Source: a bacterium
Lineage (GTDB): Bacteria; Desulfobacterota; Binatia; HRBIN30; CADEER01
DNA: 64,000 nt
Reading direction: 5' to 3'
Assembly: GCA_019637795.1 (NCBI GenBank)
Contig: JAHBUY010000002.1
Location: forward strand, 969,606-1,033,605
Numbering within the stretch: the stretch's first letter is position 1; each line of letters opens with the position of its first letter. A model generated the notes under the pieces. That model was not told the origin of the DNA. It searched no databases and was given only the letters and a program-made list of their open reading frames with translations. A program made the translations under genes and the position numbers. This document shows, in pieces, positions 27,049 through 39,407 of this stretch.

Positions 27049-27869
27049 TTCAGCCGCGTGACCCAGTCGTCCTCCTCGAACCAGGTGTACATCATGTCGT
27101 AGATCGTGCCCGAGTCGTCGAGGTCGGCGAGCTCGTTCTGCGTCCAGTTGACGAGCAGCGGATCGTTGGGTGGCAGGGCGATGCCGAGCGGCTCGAAAGT
27201 GAATGGGGTGTCGAGCGTCGCCAGCTCGTCGCGGTAGCGGTAGACGCTGACCAGGCAGAAGGGATGGTCGGCGAGCAGGGCCTCGACCTTGCCCTCGCGC
27301 ACCTGGGCGACGCCCTCGTCGAGGGTGTCGACCAGCGTCATCTGCGCCTTCGGCAGATGGGTCTGGGCGAACTTCTCCGCCGTCGAGCCGCGCAGCGCCG
27401 CGACCTTCACCGTCGCGGTGTTGATCTCCTCCGCCTTGCGCAGCTTGCTCATGGTCTTCGACTTGGTGAGCAGCGACATGCCGGAGACCAGATAAGGGCC
27501 GACGAACGCCACCTTCAGGTTGCGCTGCGGCGTCATCGTCAGGCCGGAGAGCACCATGTCGACGTCGCCCTTCTGCACCGCCGGCAGGAGGTCGTGAAAG
27601 TCCATCGGCACCAGGGTCAGCTTCACGCCCATCGCGTTCGCCATGGCGTTGGCGATCTCGATGTCGAAGCCCATCAGCGATCCGTCCTTGGCGGTGGCGC
27701 TGAGCGGCGGCTGGGTGCCCGAGGTGCCGACCCGCAGCTCGCCGCGCTGGAGGATCCGATCGATCACCGGCGACGGCGACGTGTCGCTCGACCCGCCCTT
27801 CATCATCGCGCACCCGGCGAGCAGCGCGCTGGCGCACAGCGCCGGGAACAGAGACCACCGCTTCATCAT
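27045..27869 (-). CDS. ABC transporter periplasmic substrate-binding lipoprotein (family 3, polar amino acid type)
   Basis: Lipobox (LLAGCAMM), SBP_bac_3-like sequence, and an AGGAGG Shine-Dalgarno just upstream of the tandem ATGATG start at 27869. Confidence 0.8.
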   Translation of the reverse strand: MMKRWSLFPALCASALLAGCAMMKGGSSDTSPSPVIDRILQRGELRVGTSGTQPPLSATAKDGSLMGFDIEIANAMANAMGVKLTLVPMDFHDLLPAVQKGDVDMVLSGLTMTPQRNLKVAFVGPYLVSGMSLLTKSKTMSKLRKAEEINTATVKVAALRGSTAEKFAQTHLPKAQMTLVDTLDEGVAQVREGKVEALLADHPFCLVSVYRYRDELATLDTPFTFEPLGIALPPNDPLLVNWTQNELADLDDSGTIYDMMYTWFEEDDWVTRLK

Positions 27870-27938
27870 GCGACCTCCTGGTCGAGCGCCGCAGCTATCC
27901 AAGCCGGGCCCCGAACGCAATACGCTGGGGCGCGCCGC

Positions 27939-30005
27939 TCACGCATCGCGGGCGCTGACGGCGAGGCGGTGGATGGCGTCGCTGAGCTCCTGCATGGTGT
28001 TGGGCTTGTAGAGCACCTCGCGCAGGCCGGCGGCGCGGGCCCGCTGCTTCAGGTCCTCGGTCACGTGACCGGAGCAGAGGGCGATCGGCAGGTCGGGCCG
28101 CAGTGCCAGCAGCTCGGCGGCGACGTGCAGCCCGGAGGCGCCGGGCATGTTCAGGTCGGCGATCACGAGGTCGAAGCGGTGCGGATCGTCGCGGAAGGCC
28201 TGCACCGCCTCCGCCGCCGAGGTGAAGGCGCTGATGCGATAACCGAGGCGCTCGAGCATGCGCGAGGCGAGGCGCACCAGCGGCTCCTCGTCGTCGAGAT
28301 AGAGGATGTGCTGGCCGTCGCCCCGCGGCGCCACGGCGGCGGCCGGCGCCGCGTCCTGGGCCGCGTCGGCCGCGGCCGGGAAGTAGACCTCGGCGGTCGT
28401 GCCGCGGCCGGGCTGGCTGCGCACGGCGATCGCCCCGTCGTGTCCCTGGACGATGCCGTGCACCACCGCGAGCCCCATGCCGGTGCCCTTGCCGAGCTCC
28501 TTGGTGGTGAAGAAGGGCTCGAACATGCGCTCGAGCGTCGCCGCGTCCATGCCGGCGCCGGTGTCGGTGACGACCAGGCAGGCCGCGGGTCCGGGGCGCA
28601 GACCGGCGAGGTGGCTGGCCCCCGCGGCGTCCAGCGCGACCCGCCGCAGGCTCACCGCGATGCGGCCGGGCCCGTCCTCGAGCGCGTGCCAGGCGTTGGT
28701 GCAGAGATTGGCGACCACCTGGTGCACCTGCGTCGGGTCGGCGAGCACCGGCGGGGCGGCGGGATCGAGCGTCAGCGCCAGCTCGACGGCGGCGGGGATG
28801 GTGGCGCGCAGAAAGTTGACCGTCTCCTCGACCACCGGCCCGAGCGCGATGACGCGGCGAGTCTGCGGCTGTTGACTGCTGAAGGTGAGGATCTGCTGCA
28901 CCAGCATGCGGGCGCGCGTGCAGGCCTTGAAGATCTCCTCCAGGCTGGTGCGCGCCGGATGATCGGCGGCGGTGTCGGACAGCGCCAACTGCGCGTTGCC
29001 GACGATGGCGGCGAGGATGTTGTTGAAATCGTGCGCCACGCCGCCGGCGAGATGGCCGATCGCTTCCATCTTCTGCGCCTGTCGGATCTGTTCCTCGAGC
29101 TGGCGGCGCTTGGTGACGTCCTCGGCGGTGCCGACGATGCGCCGCACCGTGCCGGCGGGTCCGCGCACCGGGAAGGCGCGGTCGCGGATCCAGCGCACCG
29201 ACTCGTCGGGGCGCAGGATGCGGTAGGTCTCGTCGTACTCGCCCTCGCCCTGACGCGCCGCGGCGGCGGCGACCCGGGCGCGATCCTCGGGGTGGACCGC
29301 CTCCAGCCAGCCCCCCGGGGCGGCGTACAGGCTGGCGCAGGTGCGCCCCCAGATCCGCTCGTAGGCGGGGCTCACGTACAGCATCCGGGTCTTGTCCGGA
29401 TCGGTGATCCAGAACGCTTCCTGGATGGTCTCGGCGAGCTCGCGGAAGCGCTCCTCGCTCTCCCGCAGCTTCTCCTCGGCGCGCTGGCGCTCGGCGATGT
29501 CGCGCTGCAGCGCCTGGTTCGCCTCCTCGAGCTGCAGCGTCTTCTCCTCCAGTTTGCGGATGAGGGTCTCGCTGTAGCTCTTCAGCAGCCCCTCCTCGCC
29601 GCCCGCCGGCGCGCTGGGCGCGGCGGCGCCATGCTCCCCGGGCGCCAGCACGGCGCGGATGCGGGAGAGGAAATCGTCCGGCTCGGCCGGTTTGAGGATG
29701 AACGCGTCGGCGCCGAGGCCCAGCGCCAGCCGCTCGTCCTCCGGCTCGGTGTAGGTGGCGGTGTAGACGATGAACGGCGCCCGGCGCAGGCGCGGATCGG
29801 CCTTCCAGTGCCGCAGCAGCGTGTAGCCGTCCATCACCGGCATCAGCAGATCGGACACCACCAGGTCCGGCGGATCGCGGCGCGCCTTGGCCAGCGCCTC
29901 GGCGCCGTGGCGGGCCGTTTCGACCACCCAGCCGTGACCGCGCAGCAGCGCGTCGAGGTAGTAGAGGTTCTCCTCCTTGTCGTCGACCACCAGGATCCGG
30001 GTCAT
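27939..30005 (-). CDS. hybrid sensor histidine kinase (REC-PAS-HisKA-HATPase_c-REC)
   Basis: N-terminal receiver (MTRILVVDDKEENLYYL...SDLLMP), a PAS domain, an H-box (HDFNNILAAI), the G-boxes of an ATPase, and a C-terminal receiver (ILYLDDEE...DLNMPG). The upstream 1100 codons of the 1820-aa ORF are low-complexity and rejected. The start is from frame arithmetic and overlaps the REC gene stop (ATGA). Confidence 0.8.
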   Translation of the reverse strand: MTRILVVDDKEENLYYLDALLRGHGWVVETARHGAEALAKARRDPPDLVVSDLLMPVMDGYTLLRHWKADPRLRRAPFIVYTATYTEPEDERLALGLGADAFILKPAEPDDFLSRIRAVLAPGEHGAAAPSAPAGGEEGLLKSYSETLIRKLEEKTLQLEEANQALQRDIAERQRAEEKLRESEERFRELAETIQEAFWITDPDKTRMLYVSPAYERIWGRTCASLYAAPGGWLEAVHPEDRARVAAAAARQGEGEYDETYRILRPDESVRWIRDRAFPVRGPAGTVRRIVGTAEDVTKRRQLEEQIRQAQKMEAIGHLAGGVAHDFNNILAAIVGNAQLALSDTAADHPARTSLEEIFKACTRARMLVQQILTFSSQQPQTRRVIALGPVVEETVNFLRATIPAAVELALTLDPAAPPVLADPTQVHQVVANLCTNAWHALEDGPGRIAVSLRRVALDAAGASHLAGLRPGPAACLVVTDTGAGMDAATLERMFEPFFTTKELGKGTGMGLAVVHGIVQGHDGAIAVRSQPGRGTTAEVYFPAAADAAQDAAPAAAVAPRGDGQHILYLDDEEPLVRLASRMLERLGYRISAFTSAAEAVQAFRDDPHRFDLVIADLNMPGASGLHVAAELLALRPDLPIALCSGHVTEDLKQRARAAGLREVLYKPNTMQELSDAIHRLAVSARDA

Positions 30006-30391
30006 GCGGCGGGTCCCCGGCGCGGCGGGCGCAGGCCGATGCGTTCGAGCTCGGCGACGAAGGTGTCGGGATCGATCGGCTTCTCGATGTAGCCGGTGCA
30101 GCCGGCGGCGAGGCACTTCTCGCGATCGCCGACCATCGCGTACGAGGTGACGGCGATGATCGGCGTGTCCGCCAGCGCCGGCACGGCGCGCAGCGCCCGC
30201 GCCACCGCGTAGCCGTCCATCTGCGGCAACTGGATGTCGAGCAGCACGAGGTCGGGCTGGATCCGCCGCGCCAGCTCGATGCCGCTCCGGCCGTCCACCG
30301 CCGCGGCGACCGCGTACCCGTGCTGCTCGAGCAGGAACGTGGCCAGGTAGCGGTTCTGCTCGTTGTCTTCGATGAGGAGGATCGTCGCCAT
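30002..30391 (-). CDS. single-domain CheY-like response regulator
   Basis: MATILLIEDNEQNRYL...LLDIQLPQMDGY...IAVTSYAMVGDREKCLAAGCTGYIEKP is a receiver domain with conserved Asp and Lys. Confidence 0.8.
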   Translation of the reverse strand: MATILLIEDNEQNRYLATFLLEQHGYAVAAAVDGRSGIELARRIQPDLVLLDIQLPQMDGYAVARALRAVPALADTPIIAVTSYAMVGDREKCLAAGCTGYIEKPIDPDTFVAELERIGLRPPRRGPAA

Positions 30392-30394
30392 GGC

Positions 30395-33175
<2,781 letters not shown>

Positions 33176-33300
33176 GCCGGCAGCATAGCCGCGACGGGTC
33201 CGCGGACCAACGGTTTATTGGCTGCCGTGTCCATGCCGGCGATAGCCACGACGCCTGACGGCTTGACCCGCTGCCTCGCGCCGGCGAGGCTCGCCGGCGC

Positions 33301-33537
33301 ATGCATGATGAGCAGTCAGGTCCGGTCGACGTCCCCCTCGCGGCCCTCAGCGCCGCGGCGCTGCGCGGCCTGGTGGAGGAGTTCGTCACCCGCGACGGCA
33401 CCGACTACGGCCGGCGCGAGCGGAGCCTCGACGAGAAGGTGCGCGACGTCATGCGCCAGCTCGAGCGGGGCGAGGCGAAGATCGTCTTCGATCCCGAGTC
33501 GCGCAGCGCGACCATCGTCGTCGCGCGCCGCCCGTGA
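33301..33537 (+). CDS. yheU: YheU/UPF0270 family protein
   Basis: LVEEFVTRDGTDYGRRERSLDEKVRDVMRQLERGEAKIVFD closely parallels E. coli YheU ([40 protein letters not shown]). Confidence 0.6.
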   Translation: MHDEQSGPVDVPLAALSAAALRGLVEEFVTRDGTDYGRRERSLDEKVRDVMRQLERGEAKIVFDPESRSATIVVARRP

Positions 33538-33558
33538 CCTGGCGCGTCCCGACCCGCG

Positions 33559-34803
33559 CTACGGCCGCGCGGACGCCAGCGCCTGGCGGAGCTGCTCGTA
33601 CACGGCGGGATGGGTGAGCAGGTCGAGGTGGGTCGCGGCGCCGACGTGGTGCACGCGCACCCGCGGCAGGCCGGCGTGCGTGGGGCGGCCGCCGGCGCTG
33701 GCGGGGCGAACGAGCAGGTCGCCGACGACGCGCCCGAGCGGATGCCGGCGGTCGCGGGTCACGGTGGCGATGACGAAGTGGTGCGCGGCGCCCTCGAGCA
33801 ACGGCAGGTCCGCGGTATCGTCGCGCAACAGCGCGTCCGCGTCCGTCCGCCAATCCTCGTGGCGCAGCGCGCCGAAGCGGAGATCCTTGATGCCGCGGCT
33901 GCGCCGATTGAACAGCGCGGCGAACGGCCGCGTGACATCGGCGCGCCCGAGCACCCAGGCGGCGAGGTTGGCCGCCTTCTCCAGCGGCGCCCCGCGGTGC
34001 GGCGAGCCGAGGTAGAACACGTGCCGCACGCGCGCCGTCCATCCGGCGCCCGCCGCCTGGTGCGCGGCGCTGCGCAGCACCAGCCCGCCCATGCTGTGGC
34101 CGACGAGGACCAGCTCCTCGATCGCCACCGGCCACTCGCCGACCACGGTCTCCAGCAGGGCCGACAACGCACGGCCATTGTCGGCGATGGGCAGGCCGGT
34201 GTTGTAGCGCACGTGCAGCGCGCTGCAGCCGACGTCGCGCGCGAGGCGGCGGCCGAAGTCGATCCGCGGCGCCCGACCGCGGGCGCAGTGCAGCGCCGGC
34301 CGCCACAGGCTCTCGTTGCAGGCCAGGCCGTGGACGAAGACAACCAGACGCGGCGACGCCGCGGGATGGGCAGCGGCCAGGGCCGCGCGCTGCGCCGCGA
34401 GCGGCGCGCCGCGGTGGCGCAGCCCCATCGTCGCTGCCAGCGGATTGCCGGCGTCGGCCAGGCGGTCGCCGGCGAAGCCGTTGAGCGCCGCGACCGCGAG
34501 ATCGGCCCGCGATCCGGCGCGCGGCGCGCCACCGCCTCCCAGCGCCTCCCCGGCCAATCGCGCCGCGCCACCGAGCGCCTGGCAGCCGGCGGCGACGGCC
34601 GCGTAGACGCCGGTGACGATGGGGTCGTGGACCGCCTGCACCAGCGCCGCGCCGCCGCCGATCGCCGGCAGCCGGCGCAGCGCCGCGAACGGCGTGCGGG
34701 CAATGGCGGCATGCACCGCCGCGACGGTGCGGACGCCGTCGTCGAGCAGCGCGGCGCCGACGTCGATCGCGCCGCGCACCGGGGAGGGCGCGGGTCCGTT
34801 CAT
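33559..34803 (-). CDS. alpha/beta-hydrolase (lipase/esterase-like)
   Basis: Nucleophile elbow GHSMGG, 414 aa. Translationally coupled to the upstream UbiB-like gene (ATGA). Confidence 0.65.
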   Translation of the reverse strand: MNGPAPSPVRGAIDVGAALLDDGVRTVAAVHAAIARTPFAALRRLPAIGGGAALVQAVHDPIVTGVYAAVAAGCQALGGAARLAGEALGGGGAPRAGSRADLAVAALNGFAGDRLADAGNPLAATMGLRHRGAPLAAQRAALAAAHPAASPRLVVFVHGLACNESLWRPALHCARGRAPRIDFGRRLARDVGCSALHVRYNTGLPIADNGRALSALLETVVGEWPVAIEELVLVGHSMGGLVLRSAAHQAAGAGWTARVRHVFYLGSPHRGAPLEKAANLAAWVLGRADVTRPFAALFNRRSRGIKDLRFGALRHEDWRTDADALLRDDTADLPLLEGAAHHFVIATVTRDRRHPLGRVVGDLLVRPASAGGRPTHAGLPRVRVHHVGAATHLDLLTHPAVYEQLRQALASARP

Positions 34804-36305
34804 TCCGCCTCGCCGCCAGCGCGCAGCAGGTACGGCAGCAGGATCTGGAACAGGTTGACGCGCGGCCGGTAGCGCACGAGCAGCCCGCCGAGGGTGGCGA
34901 ACACCCGGCCGAGCAGGACGAAATCGGGCGGCACGGCGACGATCGGATTGTCGCGGGTGAGGCGGAGGATGCGCGCCAGCGCGTCCTCCGGGCGCAGTCC
35001 GGCGAGCGGGTCGGCGGTGTCGACGCGAAACGCCTGCAGGAGCAGGTCGGCGAAGGCGCGCAGGGCCGCGTCGTCACCGCTGCGGCTGCGGAAGCCCATC
35101 GCCGCGAAGTGCTCCGCCATGCGGAGCGGGTCGCCGCTCAGCACCGCCAGCCCCAGCCCGGCATAGGCGCGGCGGCGCGCCGGGGCGTACGGCTGCACGC
35201 AGCCGAAGTCGAGCAGCGCCAGGCGCGGGCCGTCCGGCCCGTCGACGACGAGAAAGTTGCCCGGGTGCGGATCGGCGTGCAGCAACCCGTGCTCGAGCAC
35301 CTGGGCGCAGACGCAGCGGATTAGGATCGCGAACAGGCGGTCGCGATCGGCGGCGCCGGCCGTGCCCCGCGCCGCGCAGGCGTCGAGGTAATCGGTCAGC
35401 CGCGCTCCCTCGATCCGTTCCAGGACCAGCACCCGATCGGTCGAGCACGCCGCGTGGACGCGCGGTACGACGAGATCGTCGTCGGCGGCGAAGGCAGCGG
35501 CGAACGCGGCCGCGTGGACGGCCTCGGCGCGGTAGTCGAGCTCGGCGCGCACCGCGCGTGACAATTCGGCGGCGAACGTCTCCAGGTCGAGAGACGGGAC
35601 CTGATCGCGGAGCGCCGGCGCGACCAGTTGGAGGGCCGCGAGATCGACCTCGACCAGTCGCGCGATCCCGGGAAGCTGGATCTTCACGACCACCGGGGTG
35701 CCGTCGGCGAGGGTGGCGGCGTGAACCTGCGCCAGCGAGGCGGCGGCCAGCGGTTGCGGCTCGAAGCTGGCGAAGCGGTCGAGGTCGCCGCCGTGTTCCT
35801 CGGCGAGTCGCTCGAGGATGGCGTCGAGCGGCGCGGCGGGCACGCGGTCCTGCAGGCGCGACAGGGCGGCGACGTAGGCATCGGGCAGCAGGTCCATGCG
35901 GCTGGAAGCGAACTGCCCGAGCTTCAGCACGCCGCCGCGCAGCTCGACGCAGAGCGCGTAGAGGCGCTCGGCGTGGCGTTGATGGAGGGATGCGAGGTCG
36001 CCAGCGCCGCTGACGGCATGCCAGCGATAGGCGGCGACGAGGCGGAGCATCTCGCCGGCGACGCGGGCGAAGCGCGGCGCGCCGCGCGCGGCGTGGGAGA
36101 CGCCCTGGGCGCCAGCGGCCACCGCGTCCCAGAGCTCGGCGGCATCGGCGGCGACCGCGCGAGCATCGCGGCTCGCCTCGGCGACCAGTCGGTCGACGCG
36201 GGCGAGCAGGTTGTCGATCAGCCCGGCGGCGGCGGCCAGCACCGCGGCGGCGGCATCGACGGCATCGGCGGCGTGGTCACTCGTCCGGCGACCCGGATTC
36301 GCCAT
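34800..36305 (-). CDS. ABC1/UbiB-family atypical kinase
   Basis: ABC1 domain (VVKIQLPGIARLVEVDLA...HADPHPGNFLV...DFGCV). The exact start is uncertain; Met1 overlaps the upstream ORF by 29 nt. Confidence 0.75.
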   Translation of the reverse strand: MANPGRRTSDHAADAVDAAAAVLAAAAGLIDNLLARVDRLVAEASRDARAVAADAAELWDAVAAGAQGVSHAARGAPRFARVAGEMLRLVAAYRWHAVSGAGDLASLHQRHAERLYALCVELRGGVLKLGQFASSRMDLLPDAYVAALSRLQDRVPAAPLDAILERLAEEHGGDLDRFASFEPQPLAAASLAQVHAATLADGTPVVVKIQLPGIARLVEVDLAALQLVAPALRDQVPSLDLETFAAELSRAVRAELDYRAEAVHAAAFAAAFAADDDLVVPRVHAACSTDRVLVLERIEGARLTDYLDACAARGTAGAADRDRLFAILIRCVCAQVLEHGLLHADPHPGNFLVVDGPDGPRLALLDFGCVQPYAPARRRAYAGLGLAVLSGDPLRMAEHFAAMGFRSRSGDDAALRAFADLLLQAFRVDTADPLAGLRPEDALARILRLTRDNPIVAVPPDFVLLGRVFATLGGLLVRYRPRVNLFQILLPYLLRAGGEAE

Positions 36306-36711
36306 CAGGCACCTCGTCGAGACAGGTCCGGCAGCGGATGGGGATGGCGCGGCCGCCGGGCACGATGCCGACGCCGGCCCGCGTGCCCTTGGGCAGGATC
36401 GCGTTGCAGGCCTCGCAGACGGCGTTGACGTTGAGCAGCGCCAGGTGCCAGCCGACGACCTCGCCCGCGCTCGGCTCGGAGCTGCCCCGTTCGCCGGACG
36501 CCGTCCTGGCGCCGCGGGCGCTGCGGGCGATGTCGGCGCTGTCGTGCACGATGTCCTCCACCAGGCCGAAGGTGTTCTGCAGGATGTTGCGCACCAGGTT
36601 GGAGACCGACAGCCCGAGGTCCGTCGCTCGCCGCTTGATCTCGTCGTCGAGCGATTCCGGAACCCGGGTGTGGATCACCCGCTCCTTGCGTGGCCTGGGA
36701 TCGTCGGGCAT
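36277..36711 (-). CDS. putative small DNA-binding regulator (ribbon-helix-helix-like N-terminus plus C-terminal CxxC...CxxC zinc ribbon)
   Basis: MPDDPRPRKERVIHTRVPESLDDEIKRRATDLGLSVSNLVRNIL resembles RHH/CopG-type. Followed by CEAC...CRTC. An AT-rich candidate operator lies 15-30 bp upstream. Confidence 0.4.
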   Translation of the reverse strand: MPDDPRPRKERVIHTRVPESLDDEIKRRATDLGLSVSNLVRNILQNTFGLVEDIVHDSADIARSARGARTASGERGSSEPSAGEVVGWHLALLNVNAVCEACNAILPKGTRAGVGIVPGGRAIPIRCRTCLDEVPDGESGSPDE

Positions 36712-36725
36712 CAGCGTGATCGGTC

Positions 36726-36740
36726 GTATACTTTGTATAC
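36726..36740. promoter_or_regulatory. GTATAC-TTT-GTATAC tandem palindromic hexamers in an AT-rich island (candidate operator/promoter)
   Basis: cgGTATACtttGTATACg sits within a rare AT-rich patch (…tcaaggaatttttccc…) between a divergent regulator-like gene and the CoA-transferase gene. Confidence 0.4.
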
Positions 36741-36890
36741 GATCTCGGTCAAGGAATTTTTCCCGCGCGCCGCGGATGGCGCGCCGCCCCGGGCCGATGA
36801 CGCGGCGGCTCATCGTGCCGCGGCGAGCGCCGCGGCTACCCATTTGCCGGCCGGTCGGATAGCTGCGGTGCGATGACGGGAGGAACGCGG

Positions 36891-38135
36891 ATGCCAGAGA
36901 CCACGAACGGCGGCCTGCTCGCCGGGGTGCGGATCATCGAGAGCTCGCTGCTCGGACCGGCAGCGGTGGGCATGCAGCTCGCCGATCTCGGCGCCGAGGT
37001 GATCAAGGTCGAGAACCCCGGCGGCGACTACGTCCGCAAGATGGCGTTCCCGATCATCGACGGCATCTCGCTGCTCCACTGGCACCTGAACCGTGGCAAG
37101 CGCAGCATCGTCCTCGACCTGCGCAAGCCGGAGGGCGTCGCCGCCTATCTCGACCTGGTGCGCGGCGCCGACGCGGTGATCGAGGCGATGCGCCCGGGGG
37201 CGCTCGAGCGGCGCGGCGTCGGCTTCGCGAAGATGTGCGAGGTCAACCCGCGCATCGTCTTCTGCCAGATCTCCGGCTACGGCATGACCGGGCCGTACAA
37301 GGACATGCCGAGCCACGGCATCGCCTACGACGCCTGGGCCGGCGTCGCGCGGCCGACGATCAACGCCGACGGCCAGCCGACGATCCCCAGCTACACGACC
37401 ATCGGCATCAACGCCGGGCCGCTCTACGCGGCGCTCGGCATCTGCGCCGCGATCATCCGCGCCCGCGCCACCGGCGCGCCGGCCCGCTTCGAGGTCGCGC
37501 AGAGCGACGCCGCGGCGGCGTTCAACTGGAACGGCATCGAGGGCAACAAGGCCTACGAGCGGCCGGAGGACGAGGTCACCGGCAACGACGGCGACGGCAA
37601 GGGCGCGCGCCGCCCGGTGGGCGACAATTCGATGACCGAATCGGTCCGCTACCAGTACTACCGCTCGCGCGACGGCATCGTCCTCTTCATGGCCTCGGAG
37701 CGCGAGTTCTGGAAGAACTTCTGCGAGGGCGTCGGCCGGCCCGACCTGTTCGAGCAGAACCCCGGCGCGAAGTACGCCGATCACGCGCGCGGCAACGTCG
37801 CCCTGCGGCGCACCCTCGACGAGATCTTCGCCACCCGCAGCACCGCCGAGTGGGTGCGCTTCGGCCAGGAGGTCAACACCCCGCTCTGCCCGGTGAACGA
37901 CGTGAAGTCGATCACCCGCGATCCGCAGTTCCTCGATCGCCTGCCGCTGCGCCCGTACCGGGACGCGGGTACGGACCTGATGCCGTCGCCGATCAAGCCG
38001 ATCGGCGAGTCGCTGCCGGTGCCGGCAAAGGCGGCCGTGGAAGCCGGCCGCGATACCGACGCCGTGCTGCGCGACGTGCTCGGGTACGACAGCGCGCGGA
38101 TCGCCGCCCTGCGCGCCGCCGGTGCCCTCGGATGA
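36891..38135 (+). CDS. CoA-transferase family III (CaiB/BaiF) protein
   Basis: LAGVRIIE...GPAAVGMQLADLGAEVIKVE is the family III signature, and the catalytic-Asp region is present. Start taken at Met7 (MPETTNGG). Confidence 0.8.
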   Translation: MPETTNGGLLAGVRIIESSLLGPAAVGMQLADLGAEVIKVENPGGDYVRKMAFPIIDGISLLHWHLNRGKRSIVLDLRKPEGVAAYLDLVRGADAVIEAMRPGALERRGVGFAKMCEVNPRIVFCQISGYGMTGPYKDMPSHGIAYDAWAGVARPTINADGQPTIPSYTTIGINAGPLYAALGICAAIIRARATGAPARFEVAQSDAAAAFNWNGIEGNKAYERPEDEVTGNDGDGKGARRPVGDNSMTESVRYQYYRSRDGIVLFMASEREFWKNFCEGVGRPDLFEQNPGAKYADHARGNVALRRTLDEIFATRSTAEWVRFGQEVNTPLCPVNDVKSITRDPQFLDRLPLRPYRDAGTDLMPSPIKPIGESLPVPAKAAVEAGRDTDAVLRDVLGYDSARIAALRAAGALG

Positions 38136-38536
38136 GCGCCGGCGATCCGGATCTCACCCGCCTGCGACTGGCGCTGCGCGTCTTCGGCGTCGTCTTCGTC
38201 GTCGGCCTGTGGCCGCTGACGCGGCTGTGGCCGTCGGGCTGGGCGTGGCACGCCGGCGATCCGTCGCAGTCGCATTACCTGCAGATGATCATCGGCATCT
38301 ACGCCACGCTCGGCGTGTTCCTGTACCGCGCCGCGCGCGACCCACTCGCGCACCGCAGCCTGATCTGGTTCACCGTCTGGTCGAGCATCGTCCACGGCCT
38401 GATCATGGCGGCGCAGGCGGTGCTCCACCCCGGCAATCTCGGCCACCTGCTGGGCGACGTGCCGGCGCTCTTCCTCGTCGCCGCCGTCCTGGCCTGGCTG
38501 ATGCCGCGCGCCCGCTCCCAGGTCGCCGCCGCCTGA
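38132..38536 (+). CDS. small integral membrane protein
   Basis: Four predicted TM helices (LALRVFGVVFVVGLWPL..., MIIGIYATLGVFLY..., IWFTVWSSIVHGLIMAA..., ALFLVAAVLAWLM). Its ATGA overlaps the CoA-transferase stop. Confidence 0.5.
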   Translation: MSAGDPDLTRLRLALRVFGVVFVVGLWPLTRLWPSGWAWHAGDPSQSHYLQMIIGIYATLGVFLYRAARDPLAHRSLIWFTVWSSIVHGLIMAAQAVLHPGNLGHLLGDVPALFLVAAVLAWLMPRARSQVAAA

Positions 38537-38545
38537 TCCAGCGGC

Positions 38546-39115
<570 letters not shown>

Positions 39116-39407
39116 GCTTGATCCCACCTGTTTCCCTGCTGGCGCCCGGGGCGCAATATCGCTTCGCTTGCGCCCGTGCCAGAGCCGTCGGGACTGTGAT
39201 CGATCTGCAAGGGCTCGTCTCACATCGCGGCGAGTGATCGCAATCGCGCAGGGCCATAAATGCCGTATTCTACGGGGCCTTTCGCGCGGCACGATCCGTG
39301 CGAATTCGTTTGACAAACTCAGACCGCGAAGTGAATCTTTGATCCGTTGCGTTCCTGTTCGGAGCCGTCGGCTTCGGCCAATCGCCAACACGAAAGAGGG
39401 GTCCCGC

